Assembly (NCBI GenBank): GCA_964454835.1
Contig: CAYVTU010000011.1
Coordinates: 26,243 to 90,242, forward strand
DNA length: 64,000 bases
Direction of reading: 5' to 3'
From: an uncultured Brachyspira sp.
GTDB lineage: Bacteria > Spirochaetota > JAAYUW01
This document shows, piece by piece, positions 18,772 through 29,626 of this stretch (its first letter is position 1; each line of letters opens with the position of its first letter). The position numbers and the translations under genes were made by a program. The notes below the pieces were generated by a model. It saw only the letters and a list, made by a program, of their open reading frames with translations. It searched no databases and was not told where the DNA came from.

Positions 18772-21591
18772 TTAAGATATTGTATCTTTAATATCTTCTA
18801 ATTTTACTGACACGACCTTTGAAATTCCATCTTGCTCCATAGTAATACCATATAAAACATCTGCAATATCAAGAGTAAGTTTGTTGTGAGAAATTAAAAA
18901 AAATTGGGTTTCTTTTGAAAATCTCTGAATTAATCTTTTATATAGCAATACATTATTCTCATCAAATGCAGCATCTGCTTCATCCATTACACAAAAAGGT
19001 GAAGGACAATATAAGAAAAATGCGAACAATAATGAAATCGAAGACATTGCAGTCTCCCCACCTGATAATAATGAAATATTTGAGATATTTTTTCCTGGAG
19101 GCTGAATAATAATCTCAATACCAGTTTCAAATATGTTTTCTGGTTTAGTTAAAATCATTGAAGCATTACCACCTTTAAATACTTCAATGAAAATATTTTT
19201 AAAATTTTCATTAATCTTATTAAATGCATCAATAAACTTTTCCTTAAGATTTGTATCTAATTTTTCAATTAATTCCAAAATTCTCTCTTTTGTTAACAAT
19301 ATATCTTCTTTCTGTTTCTTAATAAAATTATATCTTTTTGAGACTTCCTCGTATTCTTCTAAAGCTAAAAAATTTACCTGTCCAATTTCATCTAAATTTT
19401 TTCTTGCCTCGAAAATTCTATTTCTTAATTCACTTTCTTTTAAATTCTGATATTTCTCATCATTTAATAATTCTTCATTAAGAACTATTCGATAATTTTC
19501 GTAAAAATTAGTTCTTATAGATTCACATTGAGTTTCATATTTTACCTTTGAAATATTAAAGTTTTCTCTTAAAGATAAAAGATTATTTATTTCCTTAATA
19601 AAAGATTCATTTTTTACATAGCATTTTGTCAATTCTTCTCTATATTTATCAATTTCTTTTTCATATTCTCTTATCTCTGAATCAATTTTCTTTTTTTCTG
19701 AAAATATAATATCTTTTTTATCAATTAGTTCAATACTTTCCTGTTTTATTTTATTCATATTATTTTCAATCTGAGATAATTCTTCTTCTTTTTGTTTAAT
19801 ATTATAAATAATCTCTACTTTTTCATTCTCAGACCTTGTTTTATTAATTTGATAATTTTTGATTTTTTCCTCAGATTGAAAAATCCTTTTATTAGCTTCT
19901 TCGATTCTTTTTTTCATTAAATTTCTAGTTTCGATTATAGAATCTAACTCTTGTTGTAAATGACTTATATTGTTTTTTTCATATTCGATTTTTTCATCCA
20001 GTTCATTTATTATATCATTTGATTGTTGAAATTTAGTAAAAATTGAATCTTTTCCAAATAATAAACCTTCAATTTCCTTTAATTCATTAATAGAAATATT
20101 TATTTTTGATAAAAAACTATCATAATCATTAATTATATTCTCAATTTCATTCCTTATCTGTTCTATAAAACCAAAGGTTTCTTTTGATGATATACTTTCT
20201 CCATATTTAATAATATCTTCAATCCTGTTTCTAATTCCAGTTAATTTTGTTTTTTGGATATTAGTCAAATCATTAATATTATTTGAATTTGAAAAAAGAC
20301 TTGAAACTTTCATTCTAGCTACATAAAGATTAGAAAATAATGTCGAAATTTCATTATTTAAAAATTCTTCCTGTTCTTTATAATTTTCTTTTAATTGTTT
20401 TTCTAGTTTTTTTATTTCAGCATTATTTTTTTCAATTTTATGAGTAAAATCACTAATTTTTTCATTTATTTTGCTTAATTCAATTTCAATTTCATCTTTT
20501 TTCTGCAAATCTTGACTTAATTCTTCTTTTATCTCTTCTATTGGAAAAGATAATATTTCGTCTAATTTTATTACTCTATTTTTAAAAAAATTCAAATCTT
20601 CAATTTTTCTTCTTTTTTCAAGACTAAGTTCTTCATATCTTTTTTGAGAAAGTAAGATTGTTTTTTCTATTACTGCAATTTCAGATTCATACTTATAAAT
20701 AGATTGCTTTTTTTCCTCAATAATATTCTCAATATCTTTTATTTTTACATTGATAAGAGATTTTTCTTTTTCTATTTCAGATATTTTATCTTCAAATTCT
20801 TTGAGATTTTTTGAACTTTCATCGTATTCTTGTTGTAATTTGGATATGTTTTCATAAATTTTTCTATATTTTAATATTTGTAAAGCTTGCTCTGCAAAAA
20901 TAATACTATCATTGGAAATCTTGAAAATTCTGGTTTTTTCTGCTTGTTGTTTTAGCTTATTAACCTCATTTTCAAGTTCTTCTACTAATAGTGAAACTGA
21001 TTTCAGATTCTCTTCTGTTTTTGTTAATTCAAAAAAGGCTTTTGTTCTTTCATTCTTTATATTTTTAATACCAGCAGCAGATTCAATCATCTCTGTTCTT
21101 TCTTCAGGAGTCATATCTATTATTTTTGACACTGAACCCTGAGCAATTATTGAATAATCAATGGAATTAATAGAATAATTTTTTAGAAATTCTGTTATAT
21201 CTTTTGGTCTAACCTCTTTTTTATTTAAGTAATAGATTATTTCACCAGAAGGATATAATCTTTTTTTAATAGAAAACTCTTCGTCATAATTTTCTAATTC
21301 AATATTTTCAATATTATCTTCTTTATATACATAAAAAATAAGCTCTACTTCTGCAAATCCAGCAGGTGGTTTTATATCGTTGCCCTTAAATATTAAATCC
21401 TGTTTTTCATTAGCTCTAATAACCTTTAATCCATAATTTTGAAATACCCAATAAATTGCATCGACAATATTAGATTTTCCGCAACCATTTGGGCCAACTA
21501 TACCTGTTATATTTTTATTGAAAACAAATTGTGTCTTTTCTGCAAATGACTTAAAACCATATATATTTAGTTTTGTTAATTTTACTTTCAT
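18772..21591 (-). CDS. smc: SMC-family chromosome condensation ATPase (compact, ~939 aa)
   Basis: N-terminal motif FKSF…GIVGPNGCGKSNIVDAI, a C-terminal signature LSGGETAMSSISLLFA, and D-loop MDEADAAFD. The likely start ATG at 21591 overlaps the stop of the upstream gene (TAATG). Confidence 0.8.
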   Translation of the reverse strand: MKVKLTKLNIYGFKSFAEKTQFVFNKNITGIVGPNGCGKSNIVDAIYWVFQNYGLKVIRANEKQDLIFKGNDIKPPAGFAEVELIFYVYKEDNIENIELENYDEEFSIKKRLYPSGEIIYYLNKKEVRPKDITEFLKNYSINSIDYSIIAQGSVSKIIDMTPEERTEMIESAAGIKNIKNERTKAFFELTKTEENLKSVSLLVEELENEVNKLKQQAEKTRIFKISNDSIIFAEQALQILKYRKIYENISKLQQEYDESSKNLKEFEDKISEIEKEKSLINVKIKDIENIIEEKKQSIYKYESEIAVIEKTILLSQKRYEELSLEKRRKIEDLNFFKNRVIKLDEILSFPIEEIKEELSQDLQKKDEIEIELSKINEKISDFTHKIEKNNAEIKKLEKQLKENYKEQEEFLNNEISTLFSNLYVARMKVSSLFSNSNNINDLTNIQKTKLTGIRNRIEDIIKYGESISSKETFGFIEQIRNEIENIINDYDSFLSKINISINELKEIEGLLFGKDSIFTKFQQSNDIINELDEKIEYEKNNISHLQQELDSIIETRNLMKKRIEEANKRIFQSEEKIKNYQINKTRSENEKVEIIYNIKQKEEELSQIENNMNKIKQESIELIDKKDIIFSEKKKIDSEIREYEKEIDKYREELTKCYVKNESFIKEINNLLSLRENFNISKVKYETQCESIRTNFYENYRIVLNEELLNDEKYQNLKESELRNRIFEARKNLDEIGQVNFLALEEYEEVSKRYNFIKKQKEDILLTKERILELIEKLDTNLKEKFIDAFNKINENFKNIFIEVFKGGNASMILTKPENIFETGIEIIIQPPGKNISNISLLSGGETAMSSISLLFAFFLYCPSPFCVMDEADAAFDENNVLLYKRLIQRFSKETQFFLISHNKLTLDIADVLYGITMEQDGISKVVSVKLEDIKDTIS

Positions 21592-24107
21592 TAAAAAACA
21601 TTCTCCCAATTTTCAGAAAATTCATAACCACTTAAAAAAGTAGAAATTATATAAATTGAATAGGAAATTACAAAATTATATTGAGTCTTATCCGATGATA
21701 GTACAAAAGAACCTGCTATTTGAAATTGTACTGTCATATCATGAAGAAATCTTGTTATTGATAATGAGATAGACCTTAAATCAAAATAAGAATATAATCT
21801 TGCATAATAATCGAAAAAATTAAATGAATTTATCAAATCTATAATAGCTTCTTCCAATGAAGAATATCTATAAAGAAATTGATTGTATGAAGAAACTCTA
21901 AAATTTATTTGTATTTCATTATCAATAGAAAAAGTCATATTAAAATTATTTTCAAACAACTGTGAAAAAGGATTTGTTTGGTCAAGTCTTAAGCTCATAG
22001 TATTAGAAATATTAAACCAGAAAAAAAGTAATTTAATTTTGGGAATTGCTAAAGAAAAATTAAATTGTTGATTAGTAAGACTTTGAATATCTATATAATA
22101 TTTACCATTCCAGGTAAAAGTTAAATATTTATCTTTAAATTGTGCACTTAGATTGACTATATCGAAATTCTCTATAGAAAATACCCAGAGTTCACCATTT
22201 TCTGACTCTAGAAAATTATAGTTCAATGAAGCAGAAAAACTTAAAAAACTAAAAGGATTAAAAATTAACGAAGCAGAAGCTCTATTAGATAACCATCCAA
22301 AATCGATTGGTTCGAGTAAGGAATTTCTATAGCTTTGAGATAAATTGAAAGAAATTCTTAATAGTGGAATTAGAAAATTCAATGAGTTTGAAATTGTTGT
22401 ATAATATATCAAGGATTCAGAAGTATCCTCTGTTGTAGTTTTCGAATATGATAGATTATTGTTCATTGAAAAAGAATATGTTAAAAAATCAAATTTCAAT
22501 GAAAAATTAGGATTTATAGTAGTAGTAGCTATAAAACTTTCTTTTTGTAACTCTGAATTTGAGTCATAATAAGTGTAATAATTTGAAAAATTAGAATTTG
22601 ATATCGAAAAACTGAACCAATCTTTTGATACATTTAACAGATTCCCGCCAAATGATGTTGAGTACCATTTTATCGAGCTTATATAATATTGATAATATTT
22701 AGGAGAATATAAATAATAATTTAATACGGACTCTCCAATAGAACTATTCTTACTAGCTGTAAAATATAGAGAAGATGCAATATTAACATTGAAATTAAGT
22801 ATTTTAAAGCTTGTTGAAAGTTCCTCATTAAAACTCAAATTTGAAGAAGGAAAAATATTTGAATCATTTTGCCAATCAAAAGATGAGAATTGAGTAATGT
22901 CAAATCTTAAAAATCTTTCTCTTGAAAAATAGTCGAACTTAAAATATGGATCTGAGTAATATGAATAATTTAAATTAATAGTGAAACCTTTAAAGACATT
23001 TAATTTCAAGGTTCCATATAATCCCGCTCTTAAATTGATATTATAGAAAGTAAACTCATCATCTGGTGGAATAATTGTCCAACTATTATTATAATCGTCA
23101 TAAAATAAGTCGGGACTAATAGCAAAACCAGATACAAGTGAAAAGTTGCCATTTTTCCATTTAAATGAAGTTTTAAATCCAAGGTATATTCCTAATCTTT
23201 CATAAATATCAATATACATCTCATAATTTTTTCTAATTAATGTATTAAAGAACATAAATCCTTCACGATAACCATAATCCATACCAAAAAGTAAAGGATA
23301 TGAATATCCTCTTTCATATGAAATATATAGCGGGAAAAACAATAATTTTTCAGAGCCTATAACAAATTCAATATCATAAAAATATAATATGGATTCTGAA
23401 TATAAGACTTTGTTGACTATCAAGTAATAATGAGGTTTTTCCATATCACATTGAGTCACTGTTGCTTTTTCAGTAGTTAAAACATTATTATTTGAAATAT
23501 TAGCTTTATTAGATGAAATAATGTATTTATCAACATAAATAGTGGCATTATTTAAAACACCATTTTTCTTTGGTATAGAATATTCAAAACTTTCTGCTGT
23601 ACAAAAAAAATTACTGGATTTTAAACTGACATTACCATAACCAAAAAAAACTTCTTCATCTAAATAAAAAATTATTCTATCTGCTTTAAATAAATAACCT
23701 TTGTACACTATTAGATTATTCCCTATAAGGTCAATAATTTTATCCTCTTCTGAAATATTTATAATATCAGTACTTTTGATGTACAGAACTTCATCAGATT
23801 TTTCTTTTCTAATTTCTGTAAAATTATAGTATTTATATAATAATTCCCTTAATTTCTCAATTGTTACATCTTCAGGAAAACTAATTCCAAGCGATATTGC
23901 CATTTTTTTTAATTCTTCGAGATTTGAATAAGCTATCAGAAAAAAAGCTTCTTCAGGAGTAAGATAAATATATATAGAATCATATGAATCATCACCACCA
24001 TTTTCTTGAGCAGCAATATTAATATTTATAAATAAAACTAAATAGACAAATAGAAAAAAAGTCATTACTATAGCAAAATAAGTTTTATTTCTCATTAATA
24101 ACTGCAT
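21591..24107 (-). CDS. LptD/OstA-like outer-membrane beta-barrel protein
   Basis: Signal/TM at the N-terminus and an OstA-like beta-jellyroll segment (…IGNNLIVYKGYLFKADRIIFY…GYGNVSL…). The long C-terminal region is rich in Y/F/S/N, with alternating hydrophobics typical of OM barrels. Confidence 0.5.
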   Translation of the reverse strand: MQLLMRNKTYFAIVMTFFLFVYLVLFININIAAQENGGDDSYDSIYIYLTPEEAFFLIAYSNLEELKKMAISLGISFPEDVTIEKLRELLYKYYNFTEIRKEKSDEVLYIKSTDIINISEEDKIIDLIGNNLIVYKGYLFKADRIIFYLDEEVFFGYGNVSLKSSNFFCTAESFEYSIPKKNGVLNNATIYVDKYIISSNKANISNNNVLTTEKATVTQCDMEKPHYYLIVNKVLYSESILYFYDIEFVIGSEKLLFFPLYISYERGYSYPLLFGMDYGYREGFMFFNTLIRKNYEMYIDIYERLGIYLGFKTSFKWKNGNFSLVSGFAISPDLFYDDYNNSWTIIPPDDEFTFYNINLRAGLYGTLKLNVFKGFTINLNYSYYSDPYFKFDYFSRERFLRFDITQFSSFDWQNDSNIFPSSNLSFNEELSTSFKILNFNVNIASSLYFTASKNSSIGESVLNYYLYSPKYYQYYISSIKWYSTSFGGNLLNVSKDWFSFSISNSNFSNYYTYYDSNSELQKESFIATTTINPNFSLKFDFLTYSFSMNNNLSYSKTTTEDTSESLIYYTTISNSLNFLIPLLRISFNLSQSYRNSLLEPIDFGWLSNRASASLIFNPFSFLSFSASLNYNFLESENGELWVFSIENFDIVNLSAQFKDKYLTFTWNGKYYIDIQSLTNQQFNFSLAIPKIKLLFFWFNISNTMSLRLDQTNPFSQLFENNFNMTFSIDNEIQINFRVSSYNQFLYRYSSLEEAIIDLINSFNFFDYYARLYSYFDLRSISLSITRFLHDMTVQFQIAGSFVLSSDKTQYNFVISYSIYIISTFLSGYEFSENWENVF

Positions 24108-24116
24108 AAAACCTCA

Positions 24117-24692
24117 TTAAAGAAGTAAAGCAATGACAATAGATATTATTGATACTACTAGAGAGGAAATTGAAATAAAAAAAGCTGTTTGGTTCTTCTC
24201 AAGAGCTGCAACTCTTAATTCCAAAGATTTGTATTGAGATTCCAATGAAATTAATTCATTTTTAAACTCATTTATCAAATCTTTAATTATCTTAAGTTCT
24301 TCTTCGGTCAATTTAGATTTTTGTAATATCTCATTGACAACCTGTTCAAAATTGCTATTAGTCAAATTTGTATTCGACAAATTAGTATTGGTCGATTTTA
24401 TTTGAGATTGAAGATATATTAATACTTTGTATATGACAAGGGCAATCTCATATCTTGACATGGATTGATTTCCCTTATAGGTACCATCAGGATAACCTGT
24501 TATAAGCCCTAGTTGGTATAATTTTAATAGAGCTTCGTAAGCCCAATGATTAGTAGGAACATCTGTAAAAAAATTTGGGGGGAGAGTTGGTGAAACCTGT
24601 GCAAAACATTTTTGTGAAAAAAGAGTATTAAAACTAATTAAAGATAATAAAATAATAGTAGTTATAATTAATAGATTTTTTTTTATAATCAT
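24117..24692 (-). CDS. SLH-domain envelope protein with coiled coil and C-terminal TM (Omp-alpha-like)
   Basis: Signal peptide (MIIKKNLLIITTIILLSLISF…AQ). SLH motif: NHWAYEALLKLYQLGLITGYPDGTYKGNQSMSRYEIALVIY. Coiled-coil stretch, then a C-terminal hydrophobic anchor FFISISSLVVSIISIVIALLL. Confidence 0.6.
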   Translation of the reverse strand: MIIKKNLLIITTIILLSLISFNTLFSQKCFAQVSPTLPPNFFTDVPTNHWAYEALLKLYQLGLITGYPDGTYKGNQSMSRYEIALVIYKVLIYLQSQIKSTNTNLSNTNLTNSNFEQVVNEILQKSKLTEEELKIIKDLINEFKNELISLESQYKSLELRVAALEKNQTAFFISISSLVVSIISIVIALLL

Positions 24693-24708
24693 ATCTACCC
24701 CTTTATTC

Positions 24709-27564
24709 CTATAAGTCATTGATTTCTTTTTTTAAATAATATGATGTGTATGAATTTTCAAATTTTAAAAAGCTATCCATAAATCCTTGAAAAACGATAT
24801 TTCCTCCTTGTTCTCCACCTTCAGGTCCTAAATCTATTATATAATCTGCTGATTTTATTAAATCAAGATTATGCTCGATAACTACTACGGTATTTCCGTT
24901 ATCAACCAATCTCTGTAATATTAAAATAAGTTTTTCAATATCATCAAAATGAAGTCCCGTAGTTGGTTCGTCAAGAAAATAAATATTTGAATTACTATTT
25001 TTATTTGTTCTACCAAGTTCTCTTGTTAGTTTCAGTCTTTGTGCTTCTCCTCCAGAAAGAGTTGTGGCAGATTGTCCTAATTTCAAGTATCCTAATCCCA
25101 CATCAATAAGGAGTTTTAATCTATTTGATATTGAAGGAATAGTACTAAAAAAATCATATGCTTCTTCAATAGATAGATCAAGGACATCAGCAATATTTTT
25201 GTTTTTATAATATACTTCAAGCGTCTGAGAATTAAATCTTTTCCCTTTACATACTTCACATGTCACTGAAATATCTGGTAAAAAATGCATATGTATCGTT
25301 GTCTGTCCTTCCCCTTGACAATGTTCACATCTTCCACCTTTAACATTAAATGAAAATCTTCCCTGATTATATCCTCTTGCTTTGGATTCGGGTAAAGAAG
25401 CATATAGGGCTCTAATATGATCAAAAACCTTCGAATATGTTGCGGGATTTGATCTTGGAGTTCTTCCAATTGGAGATTGGTCAATATGATAAACATAATT
25501 GATGTTTTCGATTCCTTCCAATTTAGAATAATAATCTGATAATTCTGAATTTTTCTTTTTATATGATTTTTCGTATAAAATTGCTGGATATAAAAGATCT
25601 ATTATTAAACTTGATTTTCCAGAACCCGAAACTCCAGTAATGACAGTAAAGGTTTGAAGTGGTATCTTAATATCAATATTTTTTAAATTATGAAGACTGG
25701 CTTTTTCAATTTTAATAAAGCTATTTTTGCCCTCTCTTCTTTTTTTTGGAACTGTAATTTTCTTAGAACCATTTAAATATTTACTTGTCAATGTATCTGC
25801 TTTAATAAGCTGCTCCACTGAACCTTCAAACATTACATTTCCACCTTTTATACCTGCATAAGGACCAAGGTCGATTACATAATCTGACTCCAATATAGTT
25901 TGCTTATCATGTTCAACAATTATCAATGTATTTCCAATACTTTGAAGTTCTTTTAATGCTGAAATTAATTTTTCATTATCTTTTTGATGAAGCCCTATTG
26001 TTGGTTCATCTAAAACATACATGACACCCGAAAGCTGACTTCCAATTTGTGTAGCAAGATGTATTCTCTGAGCTTCTCCTCCCGAAAGAGTATATGATTT
26101 TCTCTCTAAAGTAATATATCCTAAGCCAACATCCTGCAAAAATTTAAGTCTATTATAAATCTCCTTCAAAACATCTTTAACTATCATTTTTTGAGTTTCA
26201 GTTAATTTAATATTTTCAATTAATGTAAGAGATTTCTCAACTGAATTTTTTGTAAGATCAATTATATTTAAACCTTCGATTTTAATTGATAAGGCATAAT
26301 CATTTAATCTATTACCATTGCACTTATTACAAATACTTTCCTTCATATACTGTTCAAGCCAGGTTCTTATATCTTCTGAATTTGTTTCTTTATATCTTCT
26401 TTCAAGTAAAGGAATTAAACCCTCAAATATTTTTTTACCTTTAAACTCACTTTTTTCAGATTTATACGATACTGTAATTTCTTTCTGACTACCATAAAGA
26501 AGTAAATCAAGTTTATCCTTAGAAATTTTCCCTAAGGGTAAATTCATAGGTATATCAAATGCCTTACAAGCAGAGTTTATTATAGATCCAAACCAGCTAT
26601 TTTCATCATATGAAAACGGAATTATTGCTCCTTCTTCAACTGATAATGATAAATCCAAGATTTTTTCAATATCAAATTCTAGATTTATCCCCAACCCATG
26701 ACATGCAGAACATGCGCCATCTGGTGCATTGAACGAAAATAAGGCTGGTGAAATATCGGGATATGATATATCACATACAGGGCATGATAACTTTGTAGAA
26801 TACAAAATATCTCTCGTTTTATTTTCTTCTAAAAGTAATCGGACTAAAACCTTATCATTTCCATATTTAATTGCCTGTTCAATAGAATCAAAAATTCTAC
26901 TTTTTTTATCATTTGCTAATTGAACTCTATCTACTATGATATAAACATCATGCTTCTCATTTTTATTTATCTCAATATTCTGATCTAAAGTATATTCAAC
27001 CCCATCAACATTGACTCTATAAAAACCTATTTTCCGTAGATTTTCAAAATCAGTTTTAAATGTACCTTTTTTATTGAGAGCATAAGGAGATAAAATAATT
27101 ATTTTTGTACTTTCAGGAATAGAAAATACAGAAGAAACAATTTGGTCTATTGTTTGCTTTTCTAATTTCCTTCCACATTTATAACAATGAATTTCGCCGA
27201 TATTTGCATATAGAAGACGAAGATAATCATATATTTCTGTTATAGTTCCAACAGTTGATCTAGGATTTCGATTAAGTTTTTTCTGTTCTATTGATATTGC
27301 AGGGGATAACCCTTCGATATAGTCTACATCAGGTTTTTTCATTAACCCTAAAAATTGTCGGGCATAAGATGATAGACTTTCAACATATCTTCTTTGCCCT
27401 TCTGCATAAAGAGTATCAAAAGCAAGTGATGATTTTCCTGAACCAGAAACACCAGTAATAACAGTAAAAGAATTTCTAGGAATTGTAACAGAAATATTTT
27501 TTAAGTTATGTTCTTTAGCACCAATAATCTTTATATCTTGAAGTTTTATTTCCTTTCTTTTCAT
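24709..27564 (-). CDS. uvrA: Excinuclease ABC subunit A
   Basis: 951 aa with two ABC ATPase modules ([10 protein letters not shown] at both ends) and zinc-finger Cys pairs. Confidence 0.95.
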   Translation of the reverse strand: MKRKEIKLQDIKIIGAKEHNLKNISVTIPRNSFTVITGVSGSGKSSLAFDTLYAEGQRRYVESLSSYARQFLGLMKKPDVDYIEGLSPAISIEQKKLNRNPRSTVGTITEIYDYLRLLYANIGEIHCYKCGRKLEKQTIDQIVSSVFSIPESTKIIILSPYALNKKGTFKTDFENLRKIGFYRVNVDGVEYTLDQNIEINKNEKHDVYIIVDRVQLANDKKSRIFDSIEQAIKYGNDKVLVRLLLEENKTRDILYSTKLSCPVCDISYPDISPALFSFNAPDGACSACHGLGINLEFDIEKILDLSLSVEEGAIIPFSYDENSWFGSIINSACKAFDIPMNLPLGKISKDKLDLLLYGSQKEITVSYKSEKSEFKGKKIFEGLIPLLERRYKETNSEDIRTWLEQYMKESICNKCNGNRLNDYALSIKIEGLNIIDLTKNSVEKSLTLIENIKLTETQKMIVKDVLKEIYNRLKFLQDVGLGYITLERKSYTLSGGEAQRIHLATQIGSQLSGVMYVLDEPTIGLHQKDNEKLISALKELQSIGNTLIIVEHDKQTILESDYVIDLGPYAGIKGGNVMFEGSVEQLIKADTLTSKYLNGSKKITVPKKRREGKNSFIKIEKASLHNLKNIDIKIPLQTFTVITGVSGSGKSSLIIDLLYPAILYEKSYKKKNSELSDYYSKLEGIENINYVYHIDQSPIGRTPRSNPATYSKVFDHIRALYASLPESKARGYNQGRFSFNVKGGRCEHCQGEGQTTIHMHFLPDISVTCEVCKGKRFNSQTLEVYYKNKNIADVLDLSIEEAYDFFSTIPSISNRLKLLIDVGLGYLKLGQSATTLSGGEAQRLKLTRELGRTNKNSNSNIYFLDEPTTGLHFDDIEKLILILQRLVDNGNTVVVIEHNLDLIKSADYIIDLGPEGGEQGGNIVFQGFMDSFLKFENSYTSYYLKKEINDL

Positions 27565-27619
27565 TTAATTACCTTAATATATATACAGAAAATACAGTCA
27601 TTTAATGAAAAATATATTT

Positions 27620-28378
27620 TTATTTTATCAGTTTTACAAAATAAAATGATTTAACATATTTTCTGTGATAAACAAGATTAAATAAATTTGAAAAAAAGAA
27701 AAGAAAATTGTCAATTTTTTTTATTTCTAATCTTTGAAAATTAAAGATAAATTTTTCTAACAAATTATAATCATTTAAATTTATTGATAATAATGAAATA
27801 AACTCTTCAATATATTCTATTTTCCAATCTTTAAAAAGATGATTGTCCTCTGATATAAAAAATTCATTTGTAGATGGATTGTAATATAAAAATGCTTTAT
27901 CTATATTATCACAAGAATAATTTTTAATATCAACATTTAATGCACCAGAATTAATAACTAAAAAATAGATAAAAATTGTAATAATAGTCAAATAGTATCT
28001 TTTATCTTCTGTTGTTGTTTTTGATAATAGATTTATAAAAAAAATAATATTATCATATTTTACTAAAGAACTGCTTCCTTCTATAAGAGAGTTTTTTAAA
28101 TAATCACAGAGGATTGCTCCAGTAACCAATTTATTGTAATTTTTTCTCAACTCGGTAAACTTATCTATAATATCATATTCCAATTTTTTACTTTTCTTTT
28201 GCAATTCATATTTGATTAATACAAGATAATCAATACTTTCAGTTGAGTGTGATGTAAATAACCTTGATTTTGAAGGATAGATATAGAATTTTTCCATATA
28301 AGAATCTTTTGAAAAGACAAAAATGACCTTATTATTCACTCCAAAATCTAGTGCATCTATTATCAAACCTTCATTCAT
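27620..28378 (-). CDS. Possible DNA repair protein RecO (divergent)
   Basis: The N-terminal pattern EGLIIDALDFGVNNKVIFVFSKD…SKSRL… resembles the RecO OB-fold start. It sits downstream of ybeY/corC, as in many phoH-ybeY-…-recO clusters. Weak. Confidence 0.35.
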   Translation of the reverse strand: MNEGLIIDALDFGVNNKVIFVFSKDSYMEKFYIYPSKSRLFTSHSTESIDYLVLIKYELQKKSKKLEYDIIDKFTELRKNYNKLVTGAILCDYLKNSLIEGSSSLVKYDNIIFFINLLSKTTTEDKRYYLTIITIFIYFLVINSGALNVDIKNYSCDNIDKAFLYYNPSTNEFFISEDNHLFKDWKIEYIEEFISLLSINLNDYNLLEKFIFNFQRLEIKKIDNFLFFFSNLFNLVYHRKYVKSFYFVKLIK

Positions 28379-29174
28379 TACTGTTCTCTTTGATTTTCAA
28401 TAGAATTCTATCTATTTTATAACCTGTCATCGAGTGTATTGTAAAGTCATAGTTTTTATAACTAAAACAATCTCCTTTTTTTGGGATATCCCCTAAATTT
28501 TCCATAATAAAACCTCCCAAAGTATCAGCCAGATCTTCTGGAAGGTTTAGATTTAACTCTTCATTTAAATCGAATATTGATATTTTTGAGATTATTAAAT
28601 ACTCATTATCAGATAATTTTTCTATAAGTCTTTCTTCAGTATCATATTCATCAAATATTTCACCTACTATTTCTTCTAAAATATCTTCAAGGCATACAAT
28701 TCCAGAAAATCCACCATATTCATCAAGAACTATAGCTATATGTACCTTTTTTTCTTTGAATTCGCGCAATAAATCTGATACCTTTTTTGTTTCTGGAATA
28801 AAAAAGGGTTCTCTTAAAATTTTCTTTACATTTATTTCTTTTTTTTGATCATCGATGAAAAATTTCAATAAATCCTTTGCGTAAAGAACTCCTACAATAT
28901 TATCAATAGATTCATCATAAGCTGGAATTCTTGAATGTCCACAGGTTATTACTTTTTCAAATATTTGCTCAAGAGATTCATTGACATCGATAGATTCAAC
29001 ATCTATTCTAGGCTTCATAATTTCATGAGCATATGTATCAGATAATGTAATTATACCATTTATCATCTTGATTTGTTCTTTTTTTAAATCTTTCAAGCTA
29101 CTCTGGTCTGGAATTTCATCCTCTTTAATTTTAGAATCTTTTTTTCTATTAAATATTGAATGGAAAAAACTCAT
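28371..29174 (-). CDS. corC: CBS-pair plus CorC/HlyC C-terminal domain protein (YbeX/CorC-like)
   Basis: Two CBS motifs and a C-terminal transporter-associated domain. No DUF21 TM domain. ATGA overlap with ybeY. Confidence 0.7.
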   Translation of the reverse strand: MSFFHSIFNRKKDSKIKEDEIPDQSSLKDLKKEQIKMINGIITLSDTYAHEIMKPRIDVESIDVNESLEQIFEKVITCGHSRIPAYDESIDNIVGVLYAKDLLKFFIDDQKKEINVKKILREPFFIPETKKVSDLLREFKEKKVHIAIVLDEYGGFSGIVCLEDILEEIVGEIFDEYDTEERLIEKLSDNEYLIISKISIFDLNEELNLNLPEDLADTLGGFIMENLGDIPKKGDCFSYKNYDFTIHSMTGYKIDRILLKIKENSNE

Positions 29175-29626
29175 AGATTTATATACCTCCCGAGTAATTC
29201 TTCAGTTTTTTCTTCTATAATATTATATTCTTCTTCTGAATCATGATTATAACCTGATAAATGCAAAAATGAATGAAATATCAAATATACTAATGTATTT
29301 TCAATACTATCTTCTTCCATTTTTGCTCTTTGTAATATCTTTTCAAAACATATTAAGATTTCTCCTAAAAAATCGTTATCAATATTATTATTAAAAGAAA
29401 GAACATCTGTTGGGCTATCAATATTTCTATACTTAAAGTTTAAAGATTTCATAGTATCAGATTCGACAAAAAACAATGAAAATCCTTTATTTTGACTACA
29501 AATCTCAATTATTATTCTATTAATTTTCTCAATAATTTCCTGAAAATTTGGTAAATTGTTGAAAACTTTGATTTCTTCATCCTTCGTTTCAAAGTCATAA
29601 ATTACTATCTTTTTTCTTCTGTTCAT
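29171..29626 (-). CDS. ybeY: rRNA maturation endoribonuclease YbeY
   Basis: H-x-x-x-H-x-x-x-x-x-H zinc motif (HSFLHLSGYNHD) in a ~150-aa protein. Confidence 0.8.
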   Translation of the reverse strand: MNRRKKIVIYDFETKDEEIKVFNNLPNFQEIIEKINRIIIEICSQNKGFSLFFVESDTMKSLNFKYRNIDSPTDVLSFNNNIDNDFLGEILICFEKILQRAKMEEDSIENTLVYLIFHSFLHLSGYNHDSEEEYNIIEEKTEELLGRYINL

